DNA of 32,000 nucleotides. It comes from Haloferax volcanii DS2 (lineage in GTDB: Archaea; Halobacteriota; Halobacteria; Halobacteriales; Haloferacaceae). Location of the stretch: assembly GCF_000025685.1 (NCBI RefSeq), contig NC_013964.1, forward strand, positions 60,001 through 92,000, given 5' to 3'. Below are positions 14,645 to 22,703 of this stretch, one piece after another (the first letter of the stretch is position 1; every line of letters starts with the position of its first letter). Position numbers and translations under genes: made by a program. Under the pieces are notes generated by a model. It ran no database searches and was not told where the DNA came from. It worked only from the letters and a program-made list of their open reading frames with translations.

Positions 14645-15139
14645 ATGGACGAGAAGGACCTTCGAATCCTCAAGGCCATCGGGACGCTCGAATCGGGGAG
14701 TCCCGACCGGATAACCGAGGAGACGGGCATCCCGAAGTCGACCGTTCACTACCGCCTCGAACGGCTCCAAGAGCAGGGCATCATCAAAAACGACATCTTC
14801 GATATCGACTTCGAGAAGGCCGGGCTAAACCTCACGCTCATCACCGAGGTCTGGGCCGAGTACGGCTCGGAGTACCACAAGGAGGTCGGAGACAAACTCG
14901 GGGAGGTGCCCGGCGTCAACGAGGTCTACTTCACGCTCGGCGACACCGACTTCGTCCTGATTTCCCATCTCGCCTCGCGCTCGATGGTCGAGGACCTCAT
15001 CTCCGAGTTCGAGGAGATAGACGAGATTTCGCGGACGAGTTCGACGTTCGTCATCACGACCATCAAGGACGAGCCGAACCCGCTGAACGACTACGAACTC
15101 GAAGAACTGAAAGCGGCGCTTCTCCCCGACGTGTCGTGA
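14645..15139 (+). CDS. Lrp/AsnC-family transcription regulator
   Basis: 164 aa. The N-terminal wHTH reads MDEKDLRILKAIGTLESGSPDRITEETGIPKSTVHYRLERLQEQGII, followed by a C-terminal RAM-like domain. The AT-rich box aacaataatatc lies 24-34 nt upstream. Confidence 0.85.
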   Translation: MDEKDLRILKAIGTLESGSPDRITEETGIPKSTVHYRLERLQEQGIIKNDIFDIDFEKAGLNLTLITEVWAEYGSEYHKEVGDKLGEVPGVNEVYFTLGDTDFVLISHLASRSMVEDLISEFEEIDEISRTSSTFVITTIKDEPNPLNDYELEELKAALLPDVS

Positions 15140-15206
15140 CGCGGCCCGTGCCGTATCCGCACGAACCCCGCCGCACCGCGTTTCGACCGCCGGAAGCGAA
15201 AGCGAA

Positions 15207-16619
15207 TCAGTCTTCGAGCTGCTGGGCGCTCAGGTGCGCCTTCGCTTCCGTCCGGGTCGGCAGCCCGCCGGCGACGGCCAGCAGGACGACGCCGAGCAGG
15301 CACCAGCCGCCGACCATCGCCCACTCGTAGGGCCACGCCAGCGCCGAGGGCGAGCCGGGGAGGTAGAGACCGACGAAGAACACGGTCAACAGCAGCCCGA
15401 GCGCGCCGACCGCGTAGCCCGCCGGCAGCTTGAACGGCCGGTCGAAGTCGGGGTCGCGGTACCGGAGCACGAGGAACGAAACGACGACGAGAAGCCACGC
15501 CGTCACCATGCCGAGCCCGCCGGCGTTGACGACCCACACGAGCATCTGCTCGCCGAACAGGGGCGCGAGCGCCGCGAGGCCGCCGACGAGCACGATTGCG
15601 GTCGACGGCGTGTCGTGGTCGTCGTGAATCGTCGCGAGCTTCTCGGGGAGCATGTGCGAGTCGGCCATCGCGTAGATGGCGCGGCTGGCTCCGAGGACGA
15701 ACCCGTTCCAACTCGTGAGGATGCCCGCGAGGCCGGCCAGCGCCATGATGCGGCCGATGGTCACGCTGTCGAACGCGATTTCCATCGCCGTCGCGGCGGG
15801 GAGCGAACTCTCGACGAGCGTCGTGCCCGTGGCGACCTGCCCGGCCGCCCAGATGACGGCGATGTAGAACGCGGCGGCGCAGGCGACCGAGAGCCCGATG
15901 AGCCCGCCGAGGAGCTTCGGTGACACGTCGGCCTCGCCCGCGGCCTGCGGAATCACGTCGAAGCCGACGAACATGAACGGCGTCATGATGGCGATCGTGA
16001 ACACGCCGCCGATGCCGGCTCCCGCGAGCGGCGGCGACGACGGCGACGTGCCGTTGAACAGCGCGCCGAGAAGGAGCGTCAGCCCCGACAGCGTGATGAC
16101 GAGCGCGAGAATCGCCTGGAACTGCGCCGCCGGCCGGACACCCCGATAATTGAGGTACGTGATAACCACGGAGCCGATGACGCCCGTCGCGACCCACGTA
16201 CCGTAGACCGGCTGGCCGGCGACCGTCCAGAGTTCGAACACGTTGAAGCCGGGGACGATGTACGCGAGGGCGCTCGGCAGCGCGACCGCTTCGAACGCGA
16301 CGACGCTGATGTAGCCGAAGATTATCGCCCACGTACAGGCGAACGAGCCGGCCGGCCCCAACGCCCGCATGCTGTAAACGTGCTCGCCGCCGACGAACGG
16401 CATCGCGGAGGCGAGTTCGCCGTAGATGAGCGAGACGACGGTCACCATGAACCCGCCGAGGACGAACGCCGAGATAGCGCCGGTGACGCCGCTTTGGTCG
16501 ATGAAGTACCCCGTCTGCACGATCCAACCCCATCCGATCATCGCTCCGAGTGCGAGCACGAACACGTCGCGCTTCGAGAGGACGCGTGAGAGTTCTCCTG
16601 TCATGGTTATGAGTGACAT
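15207..16619 (-). CDS. APC-superfamily amino acid permease
   Basis: About 470 aa with roughly 12 hydrophobic segments. The N-terminus has the APC-type block LSKRDVFVLALGAMIGWGW. The track start at 16625 is GTG. I prefer ATG 16619, and ATG 16604 is also possible. A TATA-like tatata box lies about 25 nt upstream, so the mRNA is probably leaderless. Confidence 0.85.
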   Translation of the reverse strand: MSLITMTGELSRVLSKRDVFVLALGAMIGWGWIVQTGYFIDQSGVTGAISAFVLGGFMVTVVSLIYGELASAMPFVGGEHVYSMRALGPAGSFACTWAIIFGYISVVAFEAVALPSALAYIVPGFNVFELWTVAGQPVYGTWVATGVIGSVVITYLNYRGVRPAAQFQAILALVITLSGLTLLLGALFNGTSPSSPPLAGAGIGGVFTIAIMTPFMFVGFDVIPQAAGEADVSPKLLGGLIGLSVACAAAFYIAVIWAAGQVATGTTLVESSLPAATAMEIAFDSVTIGRIMALAGLAGILTSWNGFVLGASRAIYAMADSHMLPEKLATIHDDHDTPSTAIVLVGGLAALAPLFGEQMLVWVVNAGGLGMVTAWLLVVVSFLVLRYRDPDFDRPFKLPAGYAVGALGLLLTVFFVGLYLPGSPSALAWPYEWAMVGGWCLLGVVLLAVAGGLPTRTEAKAHLSAQQLED

Positions 16620-16700
16620 CACCACATTCTAACTTACCCACTATATATCTTACTGTGTTCAATTTTTAGTCTCTATTAGAAACACAGTTCAATAGTAATC
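16620..16700 (-). promoter_or_regulatory. Permease promoter with a TATA box and a flanking inverted/direct repeat
   Basis: On the minus strand, agatatatag (complement of 16641-16650) lies about 25 nt upstream of the start codons. Immediately upstream, ACTGTGTT (16652-16659) and AACACAGT (16681-16688) form an inverted repeat. A direct repeat GTTCAAT occurs at 16657-16663 and 16687-16693, a 30-nt spacing. Confidence 0.55.
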
Positions 16701-16786
16701 CGTCATCTGGGACGACAAATCGAGCGACGATTCACCGGAAAATCGCCAAACGGCCGTCGGTTCGAATAGTAGTCAACTCGTCGAGC

Positions 16787-16795
16787 AGAAAGAAA
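16787..16795 (-). terminator. Candidate oligo-U terminator tract after the aldehyde dehydrogenase gene
   Basis: The minus-strand sequence reads tttctttct about 100 nt after the stop codon. It is the first T-rich run downstream. Archaeal terminators are typically U-tracts. Confidence 0.3.
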
Positions 16796-16819
16796 CGGCG
16801 TCCGCGCTCGATTCGCGTT

Positions 16820-16894
16820 CCGGGCGTCGTCGCGGGCGTCGCGCCCGGTGTCGCGTTGGGTGTCGCTCCGGGTGCTGGGTCGGGCGTCGTCGCG
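16820..16894. repeat. About six degenerate tandem copies of a ~12-nt GC-rich unit (YYGGGYGTCGCG) in the aldehyde dehydrogenase 3' UTR
   Basis: The units are ccgggcgtcgtcgcg / ggcgtcgcg / cccggtgtcgcg / ttgggtgtcgct / ccgggtgctgg / gtcgggcgtcgtcgcg. The first and last units are near-identical. The array ends 1 nt before the stop codon at 16896-16898. Confidence 0.6.
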
Positions 16895-16895
16895 C

Positions 16896-18275
16896 TCACT
16901 CGTCGGCGGGCGCGTCCTCGACCCAGACCGTCTTCGTGTTGACGAACTCCCGAATCCCGTGCCGGGAGAGTTCGGTCCCGTAGCCCGAGTCCTTCGTCCC
17001 GCTGAACGGGACCCGCGGGTCAGACGCGACGACGTGATTGACCGCGACGTTACCCGCGGTGAGCTTCGTCGTGAGCGCCTCGCCGCGTTCGGCGTCGGCC
17101 GTCCAGACGCTCGCGCCGAGGCCGTAGGGCGTGTCGTTCGCCACGCGGACCGCCTCCGCCTCGTCTTCGACTCTGATGACGGTGGCGACGGGGCCGAACA
17201 GTTCCTCGGTCCTCGCGGGCGCGTCCTCGGGCACGTCGGTCAGCACCGTCGGCGGGTAGTAGTGGCCGGGTCGGTCCAGCGGTTCGCCGCCGAGGCGGAG
17301 CGTCGCGCCGGCCTCGACGGACGCCGTGACCTGCTCGTGGAGCGTCTCCATGAGGTCCGCCCGCGCCTGCGGCCCCACGTCGGTCTCGGGGTCGGTGGGG
17401 TCGCCGACGGTCAGTGCGCGCATCTCCTCGGTGAAGCGCTCGACGAACTCGTCGTAGACGGCCTCGTGGACGAGAAAGCGCTTCGCGGCGATACACGACT
17501 GGCCGTTGTTCTGCGTTCGCGCCCGTGCGGCCCGCTTCGCGGTCGCTTCGAGCGGCGCGTCGTCGAGGACGACGAAGGGGTCGCTCCCGCCGAGTTCGAG
17601 CACCGTCGGCTTGAGTTCGCGGCCGCTCGTCTCCGCGACGGCCCGCCCGGCGCGGGTGCTCCCCGTCAGGCTGACGCCCCGAACTCGGTCGTCTTCGATG
17701 ACGCCGGCGACGCGCTCGGCGGGAATCCGGAGCGAGGTGAACACGTCGTCGGGGTAGCCCGCCCGCTCGAAGACGGAGGCGATTGCGTCGGCGCAGCCGA
17801 AGACGTTCGGCGCGTGCTTGAGCACGGCGACGTTTCCGGCGGTGATGTGCGGGGCCGCGAACCGGAACACCTGCCAGAACGGGAAGTTCCACGGCATCAC
17901 CGCGAGCACCGGGCCGATTGGCTCGTAGGAGACGTACGTCTTCGACCCCGGCACGGTGCCGATGTGCTCGTCCTGCAGGAACTCCGACGCGTGTTCGGCG
18001 TAGTAGTCGCAGACCCACGCGCACTTTTCGACCTCGGAGACCGCCTGCTCGACGGGTTTGCCCATCTCCTCGGTCATCAGCGTCGCGTACTCCTCGCTGT
18101 GTTCGCGCAGCACGTCGGCCGCGGCCGCGAGCAGTTTCTCGCGCCGCGAAATCGGCGTCTCGCGCCACGATTCGAACCGGTCCCACGCGGCGTCCAATCG
18201 CGCGTCGACCGTCGCTTCGTCGTGTTCCTCGTGCGTCTCGATGACCTCCTCGGTCGCGGGGTTGATGGATTTCAT
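16896..18275 (-). CDS. NAD(P)-dependent aldehyde dehydrogenase of the succinate-semialdehyde dehydrogenase type
   Basis: The real start is ATG 18275 (MKSINPATEEVIETHEEH...), giving 459 aa. ALDH hallmarks are present: VLELGGSDP (catalytic Glu), NNGQSCIAAKRF (catalytic Cys) and EELFGPV. The 64-aa track leader crosses an AT-rich promoter and is not credible. Confidence 0.85.
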   Translation of the reverse strand: MKSINPATEEVIETHEEHDEATVDARLDAAWDRFESWRETPISRREKLLAAAADVLREHSEEYATLMTEEMGKPVEQAVSEVEKCAWVCDYYAEHASEFLQDEHIGTVPGSKTYVSYEPIGPVLAVMPWNFPFWQVFRFAAPHITAGNVAVLKHAPNVFGCADAIASVFERAGYPDDVFTSLRIPAERVAGVIEDDRVRGVSLTGSTRAGRAVAETSGRELKPTVLELGGSDPFVVLDDAPLEATAKRAARARTQNNGQSCIAAKRFLVHEAVYDEFVERFTEEMRALTVGDPTDPETDVGPQARADLMETLHEQVTASVEAGATLRLGGEPLDRPGHYYPPTVLTDVPEDAPARTEELFGPVATVIRVEDEAEAVRVANDTPYGLGASVWTADAERGEALTTKLTAGNVAVNHVVASDPRVPFSGTKDSGYGTELSRHGIREFVNTKTVWVEDAPADE

Positions 18276-18533
18276 GGTCGGCTCTCGGGAGCGCGGCGGT
18301 CGCTCGTCGCTCCCGCTTGGACCCACTGTCGTCCCATATGTTGATAAATGTTCCAGACACAGCAGAATACTCGGACTGTGTTCAAAACACGTCGGTGACG
18401 AACGCAGTCGAGTACGGAGCTCCCAGGCGCGTTCGAGTCTGGAACGACCGCCCTCGTCCCGACACACCCGCAGTATTCTGTATGATATTCCACACAGAAT
18501 AATTTATTAGGATTCAGTTTGGAACTTGTGTTC
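18276..18533. promoter_or_regulatory. Divergent aldehyde dehydrogenase / aminotransferase control region with two TATA-like boxes and several repeats
   Basis: For the minus-strand gene the box is ttgataaatg (18341-18350). For the plus-strand gene it is aataatttatta (18497-18508), about 26 nt before ATG 18534. The repeats are detailed in the findings. Confidence 0.55.
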
Positions 18534-19844
18534 ATGAGAGAACGGACGACGAACTCGTCGGTCGAGGCGGCGTACGACGACTACCTCATGCCGATTTGGA
18601 AATCGCTGAACGTCCCGGTCGAGCGGGCGTCCGGCTGTACCCTCGAAGACTTCGACGGCAACGAGTATCTCGACGTGTTCTCGGGCATCTCGGTGACGAA
18701 CGTCGGACACAACAACGAGGCGGTCGTCGAGGCCGCCACGGAGCAGTTGGAGGAGTTCGTCCACGGCTGTTCGTACGTCCATCCGAACCGGCCGGTGGCC
18801 GACCTCGCCGAGACCATCGCCGAGGTGACGCCGGGCGACCTCCAGAAGACCTTCTTCTGTAACTCCGGCACCGAAGCCGTCGAGGGAGCTATCAAACTCG
18901 CCCGGAAGTACACCGGCTCGAAAGAGGTCATCTCGCTGGAGATGGGCTTCCACGGCCGCACCCTCGGCAGCCTCGCGCTCACCGGCAACAGGGCCTACAA
19001 GCAGGACATGGCCCCGACCATCAACGACGTGGCTCACACCGCGCCGCCGTACGCCTACCGCTGTCCCCGCTGTGACGGCGACACCTGCGGCGCGGACTGC
19101 GCGGACGCGCTCGAACGGGTCATCGGCTCGCACACCAGCGGCGACCTCGCGGCGGTCGTCGTCGAACCCGTCATGGGCGAGGCCGGCATCGTCGTCCCCT
19201 CGGAGGCGTGGCTCAAGCGCGTCCGGGACATCGCCCACGACCACGGCGCGCTCCTCATCGCCGACGAGGTCCAGACCGGCTACGGCCGCACCGGCGAACT
19301 GTTCGCCAGCAAGCAGTTCGGCGTCGAACCGGACATCCTGACGCAGGCGAAGGGCATCGCCAACGGCCTGCCCCTCGGCGCGTTCACGGCACCCGCGGAC
19401 ATCGCGGACGCGTTCGGCTCCGGCGACCACCTCTCGACGTTCGGCGGCAACCCCGTCGCCTGCGCGGCAGCGCTGGCGACCATCGAGGAACTCCAGAACG
19501 GTATCGTCGACAACGCCTGCGAGAACGGCGAGTGGCTCTCGGCCGAACTCGCCACGCTCGAATCCGACTACGACGTGGTCGGCGAGGCCCGCGGCCTCGG
19601 GCTGATGCAGGGCATCGAACTCGTGGACCCCGAGACGACCGGCCCGCAGCACGTCGCGCCCGCCCCGGACAAGGAACTCGCGGCCGCGGTCGGCGAGCAC
19701 CTCCGCGAGGAGTCCAACGTCGTCATGGGCGTCGGCGGCTACTACAAGAACGTCATGCGCTTCCAGCCGCCGCTGACGATTTCGCAGGCGCAGCTCGGCG
19801 AGGCCGTCGACGCGCTCCGAACCGCGCTGAACGACCTGGCCTGA
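18534..19844 (+). CDS. Class III (omega-amino acid / GABA-type) pyridoxal-phosphate aminotransferase
   Basis: The track start at 18519 is TTG. I prefer ATG 18534 (MRERTTNSSVEAAYDDY...). Motifs: FFCNSGTEAVEGAIKLAR, LIADEVQTGYGRTG, TQAKGIANGLPLGA (PLP lysine context) and STFGGNP. The product is about 436 aa. Confidence 0.85.
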   Translation: MRERTTNSSVEAAYDDYLMPIWKSLNVPVERASGCTLEDFDGNEYLDVFSGISVTNVGHNNEAVVEAATEQLEEFVHGCSYVHPNRPVADLAETIAEVTPGDLQKTFFCNSGTEAVEGAIKLARKYTGSKEVISLEMGFHGRTLGSLALTGNRAYKQDMAPTINDVAHTAPPYAYRCPRCDGDTCGADCADALERVIGSHTSGDLAAVVVEPVMGEAGIVVPSEAWLKRVRDIAHDHGALLIADEVQTGYGRTGELFASKQFGVEPDILTQAKGIANGLPLGAFTAPADIADAFGSGDHLSTFGGNPVACAAALATIEELQNGIVDNACENGEWLSAELATLESDYDVVGEARGLGLMQGIELVDPETTGPQHVAPAPDKELAAAVGEHLREESNVVMGVGGYYKNVMRFQPPLTISQAQLGEAVDALRTALNDLA

Positions 19845-20011
19845 GCCGCCTGCGTCGACCGCGACACCCGCTCACGGCTTCATTTCGATTGCTCTCGGTC
19901 TCGCGGCTTACGGTGGTGATAGTTGTGGATTGGTGCCGGGGATAGCCCCCGCTGAAACGGCCGCCTCCGCCGGAAGCGCGTCTCGACCGTCGGTCTGGGT
20001 CAGGGTGTGTC

Positions 20012-21061
20012 TTACTCGTCGACTTTCACCATGACCTTGATTGCCTCGCGGTCGTCCATCGCCTGATAGCCTTCCGGGACGCCGTCGAGGTCGACGGTCT
20101 TCGTCAGGATGGGCGACGGGTCGAGGGTGCCCTGCAGCACGTCGTCCATGAGTTCCTCGATGTAGTTCCGGACGGGTGCGCCGCCGGCGGAGAACGAGAG
20201 GTTCTTGTAGAATATCGGCTGGAGGAAGTCGGCGGACTCGACGTGCGGGACGCCCACGGCGCCGATGGAGCCGCCGGGACGGGCGACCTGCGCGGCGGTT
20301 TCGAGCGCCGACGCCGCGCCGACGCATTCGAGGACGTGGTTCGCGCCGCCGTGGGTGAGTTCGAGGACTTCCTCGACGGCCTCTTGGCCGCGGGACGAGA
20401 CGGTGTCGGTCGCGCCGAGTTCGCGGGCGACTTCCAAGCGGTCCTCGTGGTGGCCGACCGCGATGATTCGCTCTGCGCCGATGCGCTTCGCCGCGAGGAC
20501 GCCGCACAGTCCGACCGCGCCGTCGCCGATGACGACCGCGGTGTCGCCGGCTTCGAGGTCCGCCAAGACGGCGGCGTGGTGGCCGGTCGACATCACGTCC
20601 GTGAGCGGGAGGAGCGATTTGAGCGTCTCTTCGTCGTCGGCGTACCGCTCGGGGACCCGAACGACCGTGCCGTCGGCGTGGAGGACGCGGACCTTCTCGG
20701 CCTGTGCGCCGCCGGTCTCGTCGCCGTGCGGACCGAAGAACCCGCCGTCTACACACGCGGTGTGGATGCCTTTGCGACAGAACTCGCACTCCCCGCAGCT
20801 GTACGCGAACGGGACGAGCACGCGGTCGCCCGGTTGGACGCTCGTGACGTCCTCACCGACTTCCTCGACGATACCCATCGGCTCGTGGCCGACCCCGGAG
20901 CCCTCCTCGTGTTCCTCGTGACCGCGGTAGAACCAGAGGTCGGACCCGCAGATGGCGGTGTGAGTGACGCGGATGACCGCGTCGGTCGGTTGTTGAAGCT
21001 CCGGTTCTGGTTTTTCCTCGATGCGAACGTCGCCCGGACCGCGATAGACTGCTGATTTCAC
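20012..21061 (-). CDS. Zn-dependent medium-chain alcohol (formaldehyde-like) dehydrogenase
   Basis: Motifs: ICGSDLWFYRG, GHEPMGIVEEVG, structural-zinc CGECEFCRKGIHTAC, and a Rossmann VIGDGAVGL. I prefer GTG 21061 (VKSAVYRGPGDVRIEE..., 349 aa). The longer track form (to 21181) adds a non-acidic leader that spans a TATA-like box (ctatatgaatag, 21103-21114). Confidence 0.8.
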   Translation of the reverse strand: MKSAVYRGPGDVRIEEKPEPELQQPTDAVIRVTHTAICGSDLWFYRGHEEHEEGSGVGHEPMGIVEEVGEDVTSVQPGDRVLVPFAYSCGECEFCRKGIHTACVDGGFFGPHGDETGGAQAEKVRVLHADGTVVRVPERYADDEETLKSLLPLTDVMSTGHHAAVLADLEAGDTAVVIGDGAVGLCGVLAAKRIGAERIIAVGHHEDRLEVARELGATDTVSSRGQEAVEEVLELTHGGANHVLECVGAASALETAAQVARPGGSIGAVGVPHVESADFLQPIFYKNLSFSAGGAPVRNYIEELMDDVLQGTLDPSPILTKTVDLDGVPEGYQAMDDREAIKVMVKVDE

Positions 21062-21214
21062 GTACGCTGTGAGGTACGGACCTTGCGGGCATAGATGCGA
21101 TGCTATATGAATAGTCCATTTAACTGCGGCCGGGCGGCCGTCCCGCTCGTCCACGGGGAAGCGAGCCGACCGCGTGGGCACGTGGCCCAGCGGCGGTTCA
21201 CTGCGTGGGCAGGC

Positions 21215-21886
21215 TCACTGCGTGGGCGGTTGCATCCGCGCCTGCATGCCCAGCGAGGAGGTAATCAGTTCCCGTTCGCCGCGTCGGAGGAGACTCGACA
21301 GCGACGGTTGCGAGATGCCGAGTTTGGCGGCCAGCTCCTCGGCCGTAGTCTGTCGCGGACTCTCGTAGTAGCCGCGCGAGACGGCGAGCGTCAGCGCCTC
21401 CCGCTGGCGGTCGGTGAGGCTGTCCGTCGGTTCGTCGGACGCGGACCCCTCCGACGCGATGGACACGAGGTCCAGCGAGATGCCGTGGGCCTCACAGCTC
21501 TCTCGGAACTCGTTGAACCCCTCGTACTCCTTGAACACTTTCGTCTCGTGCCAGCCGTCGGCGGTGACGACCGTCGGTTCGACCTGTGCGCCCCCGAAGT
21601 CCGGCTCGAACGCCTTCGAGACCGACTCCGCCAGTTCGACGGTGAGCTTGTAGACGCCCTTGTCGGCGGTCTCTCCGATTGCGTCGGCCGCGACGACCTC
21701 GTCGCGCGTCAGGAGGTCAGCCTTAGTGACGCCGTCTTCCCGCTCGAACTGCACGGTGAATATCTGCACGTCCGGTTGCAGACAGAGTGCGTGAACGCAC
21801 TCGACCTCGTCCGGCCGTAGCGCGGTCGGAATGCTGACCAGCGGAAGCGAAGTCGACCGAAGAACGAACTCCGTGGTGATAGCCAT
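21215..21886 (-). CDS. HTH_10 (bacterio-opsin-activator C-terminal type) transcription regulator
   Basis: 223 aa. The C-terminal LTDRQREALTLAVSRGYYESPRQTTAEELAAKLGISQPSLSSLLRRGERELI is the haloarchaeal HTH_10 signature. The N-terminal part resembles the Bat-associated sensor domain. Confidence 0.85.
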   Translation of the reverse strand: MAITTEFVLRSTSLPLVSIPTALRPDEVECVHALCLQPDVQIFTVQFEREDGVTKADLLTRDEVVAADAIGETADKGVYKLTVELAESVSKAFEPDFGGAQVEPTVVTADGWHETKVFKEYEGFNEFRESCEAHGISLDLVSIASEGSASDEPTDSLTDRQREALTLAVSRGYYESPRQTTAEELAAKLGISQPSLSSLLRRGERELITSSLGMQARMQPPTQ

Positions 21887-21960
21887 TGTGTGGTATCACG
21901 CCGTCCGGCGAGTTAACGTTCTGGGGTCTCCGCTGCGTGGGGGTGACCCGACCCTTCGAT

Positions 21961-22491
21961 TCAGGGGCGGTCCAGCTCTTTGTCCCACGCCTTCCACGTC
22001 TTCAGAAGCGGGATGATGGTGTAGTCGTCGACGATTTCCTCGCCGTCGAAGAGGTCCCAGACGTACTCTTTCAAGGTGTTCAGGTCGGTGTGCCACGCGC
22101 TAAATACGAGGTCGTACTCGCCGAGACAGGAACTCGTGTTGTAGACGAGTCCCTCGTCGATGAGCATCGTGATGAACTCGGTCCGCACCTCGGAGGAGAC
22201 GTGCTGGTCGAACGAGACGAGTATCTGCGCGTCGGCGAGGTCGGCCTCCTGGAGGACGATGACCGCGAGGATTTCGAGCACGTCGCTCTCTTGAAGCTTC
22301 TCGCGGCGGCGACGGACCGCGGTCCGGGAGAGTCCGACGCGCTCGGCGAGTTCGGTGTCTGAGATGCGGCCGTTCTCGTTGAGCGCGCGGAATATCTCGT
22401 AGTCGTGCTCGTCGAGGTAGTTTTCGAGGACCGCCTCCGGCGTGTTCGGGTCGGGCGGCGCGTCGGCGGACGTGAGGTCGGGGTTTTCCAT
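21961..22491 (-). CDS. Lrp/AsnC-family transcription regulator
   Basis: I prefer ATG 22491 (MENPDLTSADAPP...), giving 176 aa. The wHTH reads DYEIFRALNENGRISDTELAERVGLSRTAVRRRREKLQESDVL, followed by a RAM-like C-terminal domain. A TATA-like tttcaaat box (complement of 22515-22522) lies about 24 nt upstream. Confidence 0.8.
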   Translation of the reverse strand: MENPDLTSADAPPDPNTPEAVLENYLDEHDYEIFRALNENGRISDTELAERVGLSRTAVRRRREKLQESDVLEILAVIVLQEADLADAQILVSFDQHVSSEVRTEFITMLIDEGLVYNTSSCLGEYDLVFSAWHTDLNTLKEYVWDLFDGEEIVDDYTIIPLLKTWKAWDKELDRP

Positions 22492-22628
22492 GGTCGGCTG
22501 TATTGGTGGGGTTCGATTTGAAACTGTGGGTGGCGTAAACGAACCAAAACGATACAATAGTTGTGTCGAATTGGCTAGTTCACGGCTTGCGGTGGGTTGG
22601 TGGTGGGTAGCGAGCGATTCGGTCGTGG

Positions 22629-22651
22629 GACGCCGCGCGAAACGCGGCGTC
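22629..22651 (-). terminator. Perfect 9-bp stem / 5-nt loop hairpin about 50 nt downstream of the DUF917 operon stop
   Basis: The hairpin reads gacgccgcg-cgaaa-cgcggcgtc. No adjacent U-tract is present, so its function as a terminator is uncertain. Confidence 0.3.
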
Positions 22652-22703
22652 GAGGGCGATTCAGCGGCGAGGCCACCGGCGCGACCGAAGCGTCACCACC
22701 GGG

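Noticed and set aside
18288-18314. A 7-bp stem hairpin (GGGAGCG...CGCTCCC) in the probable 5' UTR of the aldehyde dehydrogenase gene, as a possible regulatory RNA structure.
   Set aside because: Stems of this length are expected by chance in such GC-rich sequence. I cannot assess a conserved loop or covariation here.
19845-20011. The convergent intergenic region between the aminotransferase and the ADH, checked for a small RNA gene, tRNA or small ORF.
   Set aside because: I found no cloverleaf-compatible stems, no promoter-like AT box and no credible acidic ORF. It most likely holds only 3' UTRs and terminators.
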